Shown here: in pieces, positions 11,657 to 25,770 of the stretch | Layout of the letters: every line of letters starts with the position of its first letter | How positions within the stretch are numbered: the first letter of the stretch is position 1 | DNA from: Octopus sinensis | Lineage: Eukaryota | Direction: 5' to 3' | Assembly (NCBI RefSeq): GCF_006345805.1 | Contig: NC_043007.1 | Span: forward strand, 30,194,001 to 30,258,000 | DNA: 64,000 nt | Translations under genes and position numbers: made by a program | The notes under the pieces: generated by a model | Database searches by the model: none | Seen by the model: only the letters and a program-made list of their open reading frames with translations | What the model was told of the DNA's origin: nothing

Positions 11657-12689
11657 GGTTTTTTTTGAACTGGCTCCAGTATACGTTGTGAACGAAATGC
11701 CTGTGGTCTTATATGATGTCTATATATATATTACCTCATACATTTACATAGCTTTCGTCCGTCTCTTTTGTCTGTCAGGTTTTGATCATTGCCAAAGTTC
11801 GGTTTTACATAATCTTAGTCACAGGATCCAAGTTAATAAATGAAAGCGAGTTCTTGCTTCAAAACTTACCGAAACGAAGTGGATGAAGCATAAAGCCGAT
11901 CCTGTTCAGGTTCGAACTCATAGCTAAAAGAAGTATAAGCCAACGGTGTAAAGTATTTAGTTACACGTTGTACTGTTTCTGCCATAGAACTGACCTCATA
12001 AAGATACAGCTCAGCTCTGGGCAACAAAGTTGTTTGAAGAACGGTGTAGCGAGGTAATAAGAGACTTTACACGTAAACTATATATGTATACATATGTGTG
12101 TATGTATGTATGTATGTATGTATGTATGTATGTATGTATGTATGTATGTGTGTGTAAATTTTGACTTAAACGAGATGGTTATCTTGTAAGTCGATTTTAT
12201 CAACATGACAGTAATGATGATGGTGATGAAAATAATATCAACAGCAACAATAACAACAATAATATATATATATATGTGTTTGTATGCATATATACACAGT
12301 CACATATGCACACACACCCGCAGACAGTCTACAATCGTTATTCTATATTGGACATTTTTTATTGACAGGTGTAACATCTGTTCTTATCAGTAAATTTATA
12401 AACAGTCATATATATATATATATACACACACACACATATATATATATATATGTATATATATATAAATTTATATATATATGTATAAATTCCTCTATTTACA
12501 TAATATCGAGGTCTCATTCATTCTTTTACTGTCATACTATTATTAATATATATAATCTGTATGTAGGTATATACATGTGTGTGTGCATCTTTTCTCTTTT
12601 TTTTTCATCCTTTACTGGTTTCAGTCAGAGGCTGAGGCCATGCTAGAGCATCGCTTTACAGTGTGATTAGGTTTCTTTTCTTAACTGTT

Positions 12690-13440
12690 TTTGGTGGAGT
12701 GGCGAGTTTGCTCTTCCTGCCGCGATGTGGGTTCATTTAGTGTCTCAAAAAAAAAAGAAAAAAAGTTTGCCCGAACACGTTTTGAAGACCTCCCCGTCTA
12801 CACCTTTCAAATCTTTGGGGTTGCTTGGCAGAATGTTGAATAGTTGTTCTGGCCACTTGAAACACAAGTACTCGGTCTTTTTCCTTGAGGGGGACCCTTA
12901 ATACAAGGCAGTGCCGTCCATTTCGGTGGCCGGTATAACTTTCAATTCCAATGTTTGTAGTTAGACCTTCGAAGATCTTCCCTATGTCTATCTCTGCATA
13001 TCTTTCACACCTTCTTACAAGGAAATAGAACCTCTGTTCCTTTAGCCTTTCCCAGTAGCTCCTCTGTTTCACCAGTATTTATGTATTGGCACTGGACTGC
13101 CTCAAGTTCCGCCATCAATTTGGTGACCACAGTTTGTAGCTGTAATCCAGACGAATGAGAAGGAAAGTTCTCCAAAGGAGTAGTTATGGTATTCTTTTTT
13201 CTGGTTCTGAATGATCTCAGGATCCATCCAGCTACTCGCTTGCACAATGTTGCCATCTTGATAATGTGCAAATGAAATGTTGCGCCATTTCTCCTGTAGA
13301 TTCCCAGGTCACACACCGCTTCTAACTCTGGGGCTGCACAACGCCCTTGTTTTGTGTATTCCAACTGTAGTTCGTTTGTGGGTCCTCATCTCCATTTTGT
13401 ACGAGAATACGCGTAGTTATACGTGATGCCCCTTTACATG
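12690..13440 (-). mobile_element. CR1/L2-group LINE, RT C-terminal (thumb) fragment
   Basis: ORFs 13005-13364 and 12737-13072 contain VCDLGI, F..HI..MA, GWILRSFRTR, ELEAVQ, SYWERLK...Y...RR.ERY..I..KI..GL and RNGRHC. This is a typical CR1-group tail, with frameshifts. Confidence 0.8.
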
Positions 13441-13704
13441 AAACGATTGAAAGCATTGTTAAATCACAAATATAGTATATTTATCCACCATTACGGTGTT
13501 GAGTATTCGTCCTCATTGATCGATATTAACGTGTACACCCCCACACACTTACACACACATTCGTTTTGTATTTGATGTGCTTGATATGTTTAATACTAGC
13601 AGAGTTACCCGGTGTTGCTCGGAATTAAGATGGCATAGTTTTTATTCTTTTACTTGCTTCAGTCATGTGACTGTGGCCATGCTGGAGCAGCACCTTTGGT
13701 CGAA

Positions 13705-13895
13705 CAGAAAGAAAAAAAGAAAAAGAAAAGGGAGGGAGGGAGAAAGAGAGCGAGAAAGACGGAGGGAGAAAGAAAAAAAGAGGTAGAAAGAAAAAAGGAT
13801 GGAAGGAAGAAAAGAAAGAAGGCAAGTAGAAAGGAAGGAAGAAAAGTAAGAAAGAGGGATAAAAAAGAACTAAAGAAAGAAAAAGAGGAAGAAGC
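13705..13895. repeat. Purine-rich GA/GAAA low-complexity tract
   Basis: Directly visible; source of the K/R/E and F/L/S ORFs. Confidence 0.9.
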
Positions 13896-14048
13896 CCTGG
13901 GCAAAAAATTATAATGCATGACCATCCTTGGCACATACGTAATGTGTGTGTAAAGTTTGAAAATCGGTTCAAAACTGTAGAAATGCATACGTATTGCAGA
14001 CACACATAAAAACTTCTTTTGTTTTATATATAGATACATATATATTAT

Positions 14049-14138
<90 letters not shown>

Positions 14139-14517
14139 CATACATATTTGATGTGTCTTCTCTGCTTATCCAAATTGATTCGTCCTCAGTCGAAAGACAC
14201 CTGTTGTTAAATTCTTGTTTGTATTTGTAATTGTGTAATATGTTCTCCGTATTTTGTCTTTGCTGTCGTACACATTCGCTTGCTTTCTTACAAAAAAATC
14301 TAATGCTCTTAGCTTAGACTTTTTTGTAGGCAACCAGATCGAACAGTCTCAAGTGTAAATTCCCGAAACTGTAAGGACTTCTGGTAACTTGACTGACGAA
14401 AGTAGGCCACGAACGACCCGTTATTTTTCCTGTGCCTCTAATTTTTGTTTTTCCTGTCCGCCTTTGTATTGTCTATCTGTCTGGATGTTTCATTGTCCTC
14501 TGTTGCATTTTTCTTCC

Positions 14518-14550
<33 letters not shown>

Positions 14551-14872
14551 CTTCCTGAAATGTGTATATACACTCGGTGTCTATTTTACTATCTTCGATT
14601 CGATCGCGTTGTTTTCATACACCATAGACGCATTCGTAAACGGAACGTCGTAACTTTCAGTGTTGGTTATAATTTCTGTAGAACATCTATAGAGAGATAA
14701 CTTTAAAAAGTTATTAAATTGCACTGCTAACACAGGTAGGACACAGTATTAACTTCATATATTTAGCAGTATATTATGGTTGCATAGCAAAATACGAAGT
14801 TCCTACCAGCAATTAGCATATATTTGATAAGTACCAACGCACGAAACTCAGTTACTTCTGATACACACACAC

Positions 14873-14903
<31 letters not shown>

Positions 14904-16350
14904 GATAGATAGATAGATAGATATACATAATCCATACATACATTCACACACACGTCCCCACCTATTCGTGTATCGACACTAGTTCTTCCGACAAACACAT
15001 TAAACTTATGTTAGTGTGTGCATATGTGTGTACGTGTGTATGTGTGTGTGTGCGTACGCGTGTGTGCGCGCGTATGTTTGAGAATTGGTTGGCATTGACA
15101 ACTTGCGTAACCGTAGTTATTATCACCGATTTCTTTATTATAGAACTCTGCCAATAACCGACTCCAAGACAAACATCGCCAAAATATCGGAATTTCGTGA
15201 GTCTATCTCGGTATATCTGATAGAATTGTTTATTCCGTTTTTGATTGATGGGGTAAACAAAGACAACAACAACAGCAGCAACAACAACAACAACAATAAC
15301 AACAACAGCCGTAATGAATTAATGATGAAACTTGTATGCGATTAAATTATCTTTTTGTAATGGCAGCCAATTCTCTCTCAACTTCTAAAACAGACTGGTT
15401 GGTCTCGGTCGGAATCCCTTCTAGCATAGTTCCCTTCTGTTTAGGATGACAGACTTCAACGATAAAAACAACAACAACAGAGGCAGCAACAACAGCCGAC
15501 TTCCAACGCAACTGCTGAGCCTGGATGCGCATTCATCCATCCGTCGATGCTCTCGGTGTCGGGGGTTGACCTGCTCTCTCTTCTGCGGGTCTTACGAATA
15601 GCAAAGGACCATGTTTCGGACTTCTCCCACTACAGACAATCCTGAGGCGCCATCTTGCGAGCTCTGGGACGAAGACCGCTTCGCACAACGAACAAACAAA
15701 CAAGCTGCAACAACAGCAACAGCAAGAATGAACCGTTGAAAGAGCTCTTTGTGGTCGCTCAACGTGCTAGAAATAACAACCGAGTAATTTCTTGGATTGC
15801 ACCGAAACGGTTTGGATAAATGGAACGACATATTAGACAATGGTGTGAGACATAGATTGTTTGTGGAAATAAAACGGAAAGGTCACGGCTGGAACATCTG
15901 CTTCATCAGAGTAGAACTGGGACTAAACGATGCTATCACCATTACCTTTTTCTTCTTCATCATCATCATCATTGCCATCCATCCCATTGCCACCCACGAC
16001 CATCACCTCGTTCATCGATCAGCAGCTACAACAACAACAAGAACAACAACAATGATTCAACGAGGAAGCCTTTTAACCATTCCTTGACATGCTAGAACTA
16101 ACAGCCAGATCTTTCTGAAATTGAGTTCTGCAATCATTTAGAAAGAGACTCACTGATAAACGTAGTCCAAGATACTTTGTGTCAGGGTAAAAGACGCAGA
16201 GTTAAAGGCTGGATCCTTTTGATCCCAATTCAGTTCGATGAGGGCTGACCTGGGGCTAAACAGCTGAGATAGCAACAACAATAACAACTAACAAAAAGAA
16301 AGAACGTCAAGAAAATCAACCAAATTCAAAATTACAACCATTCATAAAAT

Positions 16351-16397
<47 letters not shown>

Positions 16398-16528
16398 TTG
16401 TTGCTGCTGCTGCTGCTGGAGTAAGAACACTAACATCCAAAAATCTTGGGACCTTGAGAGTTGCTTAAATTTAATTTAAAAGGATGGAGCAAGAGAGAGA
16501 GAGATGGAGGGCGTCGGCGTGGGTGAAT

Positions 16529-16567
<39 letters not shown>

Positions 16568-16685
16568 ATGTTTGTATGTGTGTGTGAATCTGTGGGGCTC
16601 TGCGTTTGTGAGTGTGTGACAGAGAAAGAAAAGAAAGACGGAGAGAGAAATAGTGTGTGTGGTTGCGTTGTGAATCTGTATGTGT

Positions 16686-16717
<32 letters not shown>

Positions 16718-17196
16718 CAGCGTTTGTGTGTGTGTGAAAGAGATAGAAAGAAAGAAAGAGAACGTGTGAAGAGCTTTGACTGGATCTAGAATGTAAAGAG
16801 TTAAGTGTGAATTTCCCTAATTGACCGTGTAACCTTCGCAGCTGCTGGATTAGAGGTGGATAAAACTGAGAAAGAGCATTAGTTTATTAGGATTAAGATG
16901 TCGGTGCAACTATTCGAAGAGAAGTTATCCGGTGTTGCTTTCCGATATTGTTGCTATCTTTGTTTGACTTCAAGACACTCATGAAAAAGTTAGCCTATCT
17001 TCTAATGCACTCCAGCCGTGACCATTCCAGCTTATTTCTATGCATATTGTATCTAGGTCTGCGTTATCTAATATCCTTCTTTGTTTTAAGACGATATAAT
17101 ATACTATGGTATTTGATTGCTACTTTTAGCAGATCAAACACCAGCTGACTCGCGTTTAGAATTTGTTTCTCTTGACTTGGTTAAAACTTATATTTG

Positions 17197-17262
<66 letters not shown>

Positions 17263-17339
17263 CCTTTCTCTCTCTGTACACAACTATGCACGCAAGCAAA
17301 CATATAGTGTATCAATTCATAATATACATATTTACTTGT

Positions 17340-19906
17340 CACTGAAGTGTGAAAAGAAATCGTAACTTTTTTCAGATCGAATGTGGTAATTTTAATACTA
17401 GGTGATGCATCAAACTCAGCGAGATGGAATCAGCGTGGTTTTGAAAATTTTGAATGTAAACATTAGTTCAATTGTAAGGTTTTGATAGATCATTATTAGC
17501 GTTTTATAATTTGATTTGGTTCCATCTTTAGATAAATGTTAGCTTGGAAGAATTTCTTATTCCAGCATTTCACCAATATCTCTGATCTTTTAAGTAATTT
17601 TTTCAGGTATTAGAATAAATAGCATTTTCAAAGGTGTTTTACTCATCTTGCATTTTATCTAATTTGATGGTGCTGGCTTCAGAAATGCCATAAGGAATTT
17701 TCTATCCCGTGTTTTGTTAACCAGAAATTCATTTTTTTTTTTACCAAAATTGTCAATTTTGTCATTAAATACAATACTGAAATAAGAGACTAACACAAAC
17801 CAAATAACACTTTTCATTGTTTATCAAATATATTGCACAAACCGTTTAATTACAAATCTTAAGGATAGATATTTCTGTCAAACTGGAGTTTCACCTATTC
17901 AAGGAGTAATGGTTCTCTTTATTATTTTCGTGAATAACCTGCATCACAACAGTCACTTTGCAGAAACCAGTCGTAGTCAGGTTTGTATTCCACCTGCCTT
18001 GATACCTAGTCTCCATAGTCTCGATGTCTTGAAGGAATCTTTCTCCTTGCGCATCTCTTATGACTCTCAAGGAAGTATTCCCGAAGACTGTGCAGGAAAT
18101 ACATTTTGACACTCATATTGCAACCGAGTGCTCTAAAAATGGTTAACAAGACATGCATAAGTTATTCATAAATCGATGAAATCATTTTCCCCAGGAAACC
18201 AGGCACAACTTCTGCAAAAGCATTCCATGCTTCTCTTCAGTGCCAGACGTTGGTCTCCCAAAACTGCTCGTCCTGCAACAGCCACTTAATCTGTGGCCCA
18301 TCAACCACACCAAACTTAATTTTCTCACAAGAATAAGCTGGAAACTTTCTGCCAAAAGTGTTTGAAAAATTCCTTGTCTCAGTGTTTCAACATATGTTTT
18401 GCACACAATATGGGGTGCCCGGTTTTGTCTTGATCACCCAGGTTCCTGCCAAGTAAGGAAAGCGTTCTTCGCAAAACCTGATTTTGTCTCGCTGCCGGTG
18501 TAAAGTGCAACATCCACAAATATAAAAGACATCAGGGCTGTTTTTGCATTTCTCATCTCACAACCGGTTATATTTCTGAAATACAAGACATACATTCAAG
18601 TCAGTTGTCATTTGGGAAAAACATTTTCAGAGTTGTCAACAGATATAAATTAAGTAAATGCCAATTTGTGATGACAAAGTTCCATAAACAGAATACAGAG
18701 CATGAAGTTCTTTCTCCAGGCCTTTGACCATGCTTGAAAAAATGTGACTTTGAGCTATGTAACCTCACGATCAAAACATTAAGGGCACATTCAAAAACAC
18801 CAATTTTCATAATGGTTCAACGAAACATTTCTCATCTGATTTGCATGTCTCATCTGATTTATACTAAACCAAATACAACGTGAGCATATTTTCTGACAAA
18901 TTCTACAAATATGGGACATGATGTGAAGGACCACAGAACTGTGTTGTTTATTAATATTTAATTGTTTAACCCCTTAATGGATCAATGATTTTGACATGGC
19001 GTTTCATTTCAGAGAATATTTTTTTATTTCCTTTTTTAATTATATACACTGTTAATTACAAAAAAAGTTTATCATGTTTCCTTTATTTTTTTTTCGTATA
19101 GAAATTAAAATTTACTTTTACTCATTTGGATTTAAACGAGTTAACTCGGACATTGAAAAAATACATATAACTTCACCGTCTTCGATTTTTTATAAGACGT
19201 ATTACTTTTAAATGAAAGGAAATTTCTTTTTAAATGAGACAGTTTATTTAGAATGATAATTTTGAAAACAAGGAGTTACACACAAAGTTATCTTGCAGAC
19301 ATCACACATGTATCTGATTTCTCTTCGAATCTTCCTTCCTTTAGCGTCTCCCTTCTCTGCGCATTTTGCACACTGTCTTGTAGGGTTCTCTTTCTTATCA
19401 CTTGGTGGTATTTCCATGGGAAAGTGACCAGCTGGGGCAAATCTTGTTGGATGTGGGATCGATGATGGTCTTCCTGGTTTCGTGGGAGGCAATAAGGTCC
19501 TATATTTTTCAATAATCTTGGTGATTATTTGCATTCTAAATTTTTGCGGTTTCATAGCAGAAGCTGAAGTTTCCAAAGATGCTTTATACAAAAGATAAGC
19601 ATTCCAGATAGCCAAATCCATCAAATGAAAAATTACTTATTTTTTTAAAAACAAGGCGAGTAAATTCGAGATTGCTCAAAAAATGAAACGACACAAAACA
19701 AATAAATTCGTTTGAGTGCTAAAATTAAAAGTTAATTTTGACCTAGTATACTCGTCTGGTTCTAAAAATATTGAAAAATAGGCATTTGGTCTTGAGAAAA
19801 ATCTTGACGTATATACAGCAAAATGGATTTCACGTTTGAAACCAGCATCACCAAATTATGAAGAAATGTGTCTCAGACCAGACAACAAAAGCCATGTTCT
19901 CCAGTG
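17340..19906 (-). mobile_element. Chapaev3-like (CMC superfamily) DNA transposon relic with internal deletion
   Basis: Minus-strand remnants: RCKNSPDVF.YICG and LGDQDK (18430-18560), GPQIKWLLQD (about 18270-18310), and GERFLQDIETMETRYQGRW (ORF 17891-18112). Candidate termini are CACTG at 17340 and CAGTG at 19902-19906, both with a subterminal ggtgatgc..tcaaac motif. The family name is recalled from knowledge, not searched, and the right boundary is inferred. Confidence 0.6.
18966..19660 (-). mobile_element. piggyBac (PGBD4-like) 3' fragment with cysteine-rich domain
   Basis: ORF 19244-19624 reads FHLMDLAIWNAYLLYK...GRPS...HFP...RQCAKC...RYMCDVCKITLCVTPCFQNYH. A TTAA-CCC terminus-like sequence lies at 18966-18973. 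Confidence 0.9.
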
Positions 19907-21504
19907 AAATTCAAATACACTCGTCCGCAATACCCCGGCTCCCCCTCCAATGTCGAAATCAATTCTCGTGTCAGTTTGAAATACAAAATATCGATCTTTA
20001 CAATTTAGAAATTTCAAACAATGAATTTGAAATACTAAATATAGACTTATAAAGAGACGATGGATTAGCATTCTCTCGCCATTGTATCGGACAAAAATGT
20101 AATGTTTTCAAAAAATATTTCTCCGACATTGATAATTCCGGTTTTGGAATCGTAATATAATTCTAAATAGATTTGACTTTTAATTTGGTATCACTAAATT
20201 TTGAAACGAATCGATACCAATCACATAGTAATGTGAACGAGGACCTTGTAGTACGATAGTGATGAAAACATTGTATAATGCAGTCACAGGACGAGATGGT
20301 CATGGATGGAAGACACTTAATCACATGTGTTTTGAGCCAGAGCTGATCTAGGGTTAAACGACAACAGCAGCAGCAACAACGTTATCGGTGTGTGCATGCG
20401 TGTGCGTGTATGTGTGTGTGTGTGTGTATGTGTGTGTGTGCATGTGCGTGCGTATTGCATTGCTGCTTGTATTGTGAAGAGGAAACATCGATTATTCGGT
20501 GCCAGATTATAATATATTCCCTTCACAAGTAAATTCTAAAACATCGTTGCTTAGCTCCAGGTTAGACTTATTTAAAGATACTTACAAGCAAAGGAAAGCC
20601 ATTCAACTCGTGACTAACATACACATCCTTTCAAATGCATCGCTTCTAAAACTATATCTTTCGAGGTGTCCTTAGAATTTATTTATTAAGATGCTGCCGC
20701 ATGATTAGTTAGATTTAGTTGTTACTTCAAAAATGTTATTTAATCGTTTAGTGAGAGAAAGAATGTCAGAACTCGTGAAATTGTGAGGCCTTTCCAGAGG
20801 AGTTGGAGGAGGAGAGAAGGAAATTTCAACATCAGTTGATTCAAGTGGATGCAGGAAATCAAATAAGAAATACCCTCCTTAAACCTGACCCAAATGCTTG
20901 AAACATAGCGACGGCCAATGGAGAGGTGGGTGACAGACAGGAACTGATAAACGAGAGTAATTGAACCTGCGTGGCACCCAAGGACCAAGTGCTTGTATTT
21001 AGCTGGATGACGGAGAATATATATAACCTTAAAGGGTGAGGGATCCAGTTAAAGTATTCTTGAGTGGGTCAGATTCCTGAACATTGTTTGTTGCTCTCAT
21101 CTAACTAGTGTCAGTTCAGATCAAGATGATTTATGAGCAGAAACTCTCTCTGTCGTGATTAATCCAACATTAATTTTCATCATTGCATCTCTTGACTAAC
21201 GTTAGGCAATAAATCATTAGTTTTTCTTGCATGGAGTAGCGTAGATAAAGACTTTTAGCTGCTATGTTTTGCATGACAAGTGACCATATCTACATGGTCA
21301 CTTCCTTTGGCAGAATGAACAGATAGCAGAGTATCGTATTCAAGGTTGATTCAAAACAACTGAAGACATTATAGGAATATTCTTAGAATATGATTTATTG
21401 GTTATTTCTTAATAAGATTAAAAATGTTCACACGTTGTTTAATAGGAAAATTATTCATAAGGATTACTGCGAGTAAAATTATATCACCGGAAATAGGGAA
21501 TATA

Positions 21505-21510
21505 TATATA

Positions 21511-21588
<78 letters not shown>

Positions 21589-21760
21589 AGCTTATATATG
21601 CATGTATTTATTTATATATATATTATATATATGTATATGTGCATGCGTATGTGTGCATGTATGTACATGTACGTTTATATATATGTTTATGTATATATAT
21701 ATTTGTGTGTATATATGTATATGTGCGTGCGTGTGTTTGCATGTATGTATGTATATCTAT
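21505..21760. repeat. (TA)n/(TATG)n microsatellite
   Basis: Directly visible. Confidence 0.9.
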
Positions 21761-22519
21761 AATTAAGAAAATATCCAATAAATCATATTCTAAGAATATT
21801 CCGATAATGTCGTCTTCAGTTGTTTTGAATCAAACCTTGAATATGATACTCTGCTATCTGTTCATTCTGTCGAAGGAAGTGACCATATAGATATTTATAT
21901 ATAGGTATATATGTGTACATGCATATATATTTCATATATACACATGTCCACGAATGATGTATATACATATTGAATGATTATACATTCATTGTTTATTAAA
22001 ATATATTTCGGTTTCAAAATTTAATCCAGGGTTCTGACATAATTTATTTTTTTATGAACGCCTGTTTTCAAACTGATGACCACCACTGCTAAAAGCGCCA
22101 CAAAGATCAGGAACTATTTCGTTCGTTATTTGAGTGCAAACATTCGCATTCAATGAGCTTCCGCAGGTCGTTGTCCGTTGATGGCTTCGTACCATAACAT
22201 TTATCTTTTAAGTATTCACATGAAAAAAAAATCTTTTGTGATATGTGTTCTATTGAACACGGAGTTTTCCACTAATCCGGTTAATCCAATCCGCCTGTTT
22301 GGCAAAATCTCATGGATATTGACCCCCAAATTATTGTCATAGTCTGAGCGTACGATATCCATAGAGTTTATATAAATAGATGGATGAGAGAAAATGAAAT
22401 TAGACATTATTTAAAATCACAACAATTGTTTCGACATATTTGTGCATTTTTACATGTACAGTCGTAAAGAATGTGTCGAAAAAATGTGATTTGAAATAAT
22501 TTTGTTTATTCCACTTTCT

Positions 22520-22860
22520 ATCATTTGTCTACACACTCACAAACATAGACACGCATATAAATATATGTACGGGTGTATATATTTACACAAATATATACAC
22601 GTACATATACACACACACACATATAAAAACAAACATATACACGTACAAATACATACACACACATATATATATATATAAACATATACACGTACATACACAC
22701 ACACACATATATATATAAACATTTATAAACATAAATACATATATATATATATAGATAGATAGATAGATATAAACATATACATAAATATATGTATATATAT
22801 GTGTGCGTATATATATACATACGCACCACCTCCTACACACATACAAACATATATATATGT
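22520..22860. repeat. (CA/TA/GATA)n compound microsatellite
   Basis: Directly visible. Confidence 0.9.
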
Positions 22861-23159
22861 AGATGTAAAGTGTATTAAGATACATGGTACATAGCACGAT
22901 GTTATATAATTAATAAATGAATATGTTGGAGAGAGTGGAGAGAGATGTGTATTTTATACTGCTTGCTCTCCGTTTCCCATCAAGCTCGGCGGTTCACATC
23001 CTGAAGACCAGAATATTATCATATTGATTCGTCTTAGATTCGTCTATCAGTTTGTTTGTGTGTATGTGTGGGGGATTCTGCGCATGTGCAATGGGTATTA
23101 TCGCCTGTGTATCTGTATTCATGTGTGTTTGTGAGTAAACTGATAAGAAATTCATTATG

Positions 23160-24680
23160 AAAACATGTATGTGTATATATACATACATACATACATACAT
23201 ACATACACACACACATACATTTATATATATATATATACATGTGTGTCTATGCGTATATGTTATACAAACATACATGTATATATATGTATGCATATATATG
23301 TATGTATGTATATGTATGTATGCATATATATGTATGTATATACCTATATATGTATATGTATGTATATATGTATGTATATACGTATATATATATGTATGTA
23401 TATGTATGTTTATATATGTATGTATATATATATATGTATGTATATGTACATATGTATGTATATATATATGTATATGTATGTATATATATGTATGTATATG
23501 TATGTATGTATATATATGTATGTACGAATATGTATATATATATATGTATTCTTATGTATATATATATATGTGTATGTATATATATATATATGTATGTATG
23601 TATATATATATATATATATATATGTGTATGTATATATATATATATATGTGTGTATGTATATATATATATATGTGTGTATGTGTATGTATATTATATATAT
23701 ATGTGTATGTATATGTATATATATATGTGTGTATGTATATGCATATATATATGTGTGTATGTATATGTATATATATATGTATGTATATGTATATATATAT
23801 ATATGTATAATATATATGTATATGTATCTATATGTATATATATGTATGTATATGTATATATATATATGTATAAATATATATATGTATATGTATCTATATG
23901 TATATATATATATGTATATGTATCTATATATATATGTATCTATATGTATATATATATATGTATATGTATCTATATATATATGTATATGTATGTATATGTA
24001 TGTATATATATATATATATGTATGTATATATATATGTATATGTATGTATATATGTGTATGTATATATGTGTATGTATATGTATGTGTATATGTATGTGTA
24101 TATGTATGTATATGTATGTGTATATGTATGTATATGTATGTGTATATGTATGTATATGTATGTGTATATGTATGTATATGTATGTATCTATATGTATATG
24201 TATGTATCTATATGTATATGTATGTATATGTATGTATATATGTATATGTATGTATCTATATGTATATGTATGTATATGTATGTATCTATATGTATATGTA
24301 TGTATATATATATGTATATGTATGTATATATATATGTATATGTATGTATATGTATATGTATGTATATATATATGTATATGTATGTATATATATATGTATA
24401 TGTATATATATATGTATATGTATATGTATATATGTATATGTATGTATATATATGTATATGTATGTATATATATATGTATATGTATGTATATATATGTATG
24501 TATATGTATGTATATATATTTGTATATGTACATATATGTATATATACGTATGTATGTATACGTATGTATGTATACGTACGTATATATATATATATGTATA
24601 CGTACATAGATGTATATATATATATGTAGATGAACATACACACATACGCCTACACAAACACACACACACACATGTATGTA
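23160..24680. repeat. ~1.5-kb alternating purine-pyrimidine (TA/TATG/TATGTG) satellite
   Basis: Directly visible; it generates the 514-aa and 456-aa pseudo-ORFs. Confidence 0.97.
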
Positions 24681-24969
24681 TTCATACACACAGACACGTA
24701 CAACTCTGAGCAGACACTCTCGACCTCTCCGCATCTGTGTGATTTGTGTCAATAGATTTATTAGTGTGATGTTAATATTTTTGTAATCTTCGGTAGATTT
24801 GCATGAATCTCATCGTCGAACGCAACACAGTTTGCTCAGCTAATGCATTCATGAATTCACCGCAACCTATTGGTGAATCATTCCCAATCCATTCCCATTT
24901 ACTCCGCACCAACAGCGACCAATCTCACGCCACGGACATTAACAGCTTAGCTTATAGAATAGTATTTAG

Positions 24970-25383
24970 ATATCCGTCACAGCGCGAACGCATGAATATA
25001 TTATACCTGTTAATGATGGTGATGATGATGATGAGGAAATTGCTGATGATGATGGTGATGACGATATTGATGAGGGTGATGAAATTGCTGATGATGATGA
25101 TGAGGATGATGAAATTGCTGCTGATGATGATGAGGATGATGAAATTGCTGCTGCTGCTGAAATTGCTGTTGTTGATGATGATAACAGCAACGGTGATGAT
25201 TATGATGCTGTCGAAGAGAACGATGAAGATGATGACGACGACAATGATGATGCTGATCATGAATATGTTATTTACGTTGATGCTGAAGACAACGCTCAAG
25301 ATGACGATGATGATGATGAAGATGGCGATGGGGATAATGATAATGATGACAACACGACAACGACGATGATGACAAGCCTCTGA
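24970..25383 (+). other. ATG-less open frame of 137 codons, about 50% Asp/Glu: candidate acidic exon or decayed (GAT)n repeat
   Basis: Hand translation gives 53 D and 16 E and no K, with repeated EIA(A)DDD(D)EDD units. It starts right after tttag at 24965-24969, a possible splice acceptor. Confidence 0.3.
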
Positions 25384-25738
25384 TAGCACATCCGTGCCTG
25401 TAGAGTTTATCTCGAACCGGTAGCCCCATCCCCCACCCGGCAGCACTACCAGGCCAAGGACATCTGGAACTTATCCATGATGGTTCTGGAACAGACTGGC
25501 CCGTTCGCTCTCGTCGGCGCCCAGAGACTCCCAGAGAACGTCGTCACACTTCCCCGCCACTAATCCTCTATAAATTTCTAAAGCGGATCACCCACCGATC
25601 TCATTGCCCGACTGGAAAAGGGCTGTGAGCGCCTAACGACATTCTAGTTGCCAGGCGACCAGTCGCGGTCTTTTATTCATCCGGGGCTAAAGCTCCATCA
25701 AAGAGACGAGCTGCGGACAGACGAGCCTCACAGACGGA

Positions 25739-25770
<32 letters not shown>

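Noticed and set aside
14380-14425. ctgacga...cgaac...gtta, a possible third hammerhead
   Set aside because: GAAA is incomplete and I cannot form stems I and II; at most a heavily decayed relic.
20700-21350. Possible LTR-retrotransposon integrase tail (EPAW..GP-like)
   Set aside because: Only a vague motif with stops in all frames; cannot support a call.
23157-24752. Long ORFs (514, 456, 260 aa) rich in Y/I/M/C/V/H/T, and similar ORFs at 4187-4799, 8188-8758, 36734-37355, 49510-51515 and 61060-61385
   Set aside because: Alternating purine-pyrimidine repeats cannot form TAA, TAG or TGA, so they are stop-free by construction; not evidence of coding.
24803-25446. Met-rich 188-aa ORF (+) and Ile- or Ser-rich ORFs (-)
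   Set aside because: Alternative readings of the same (GAT)n-derived tract; the composition is not protein-like.
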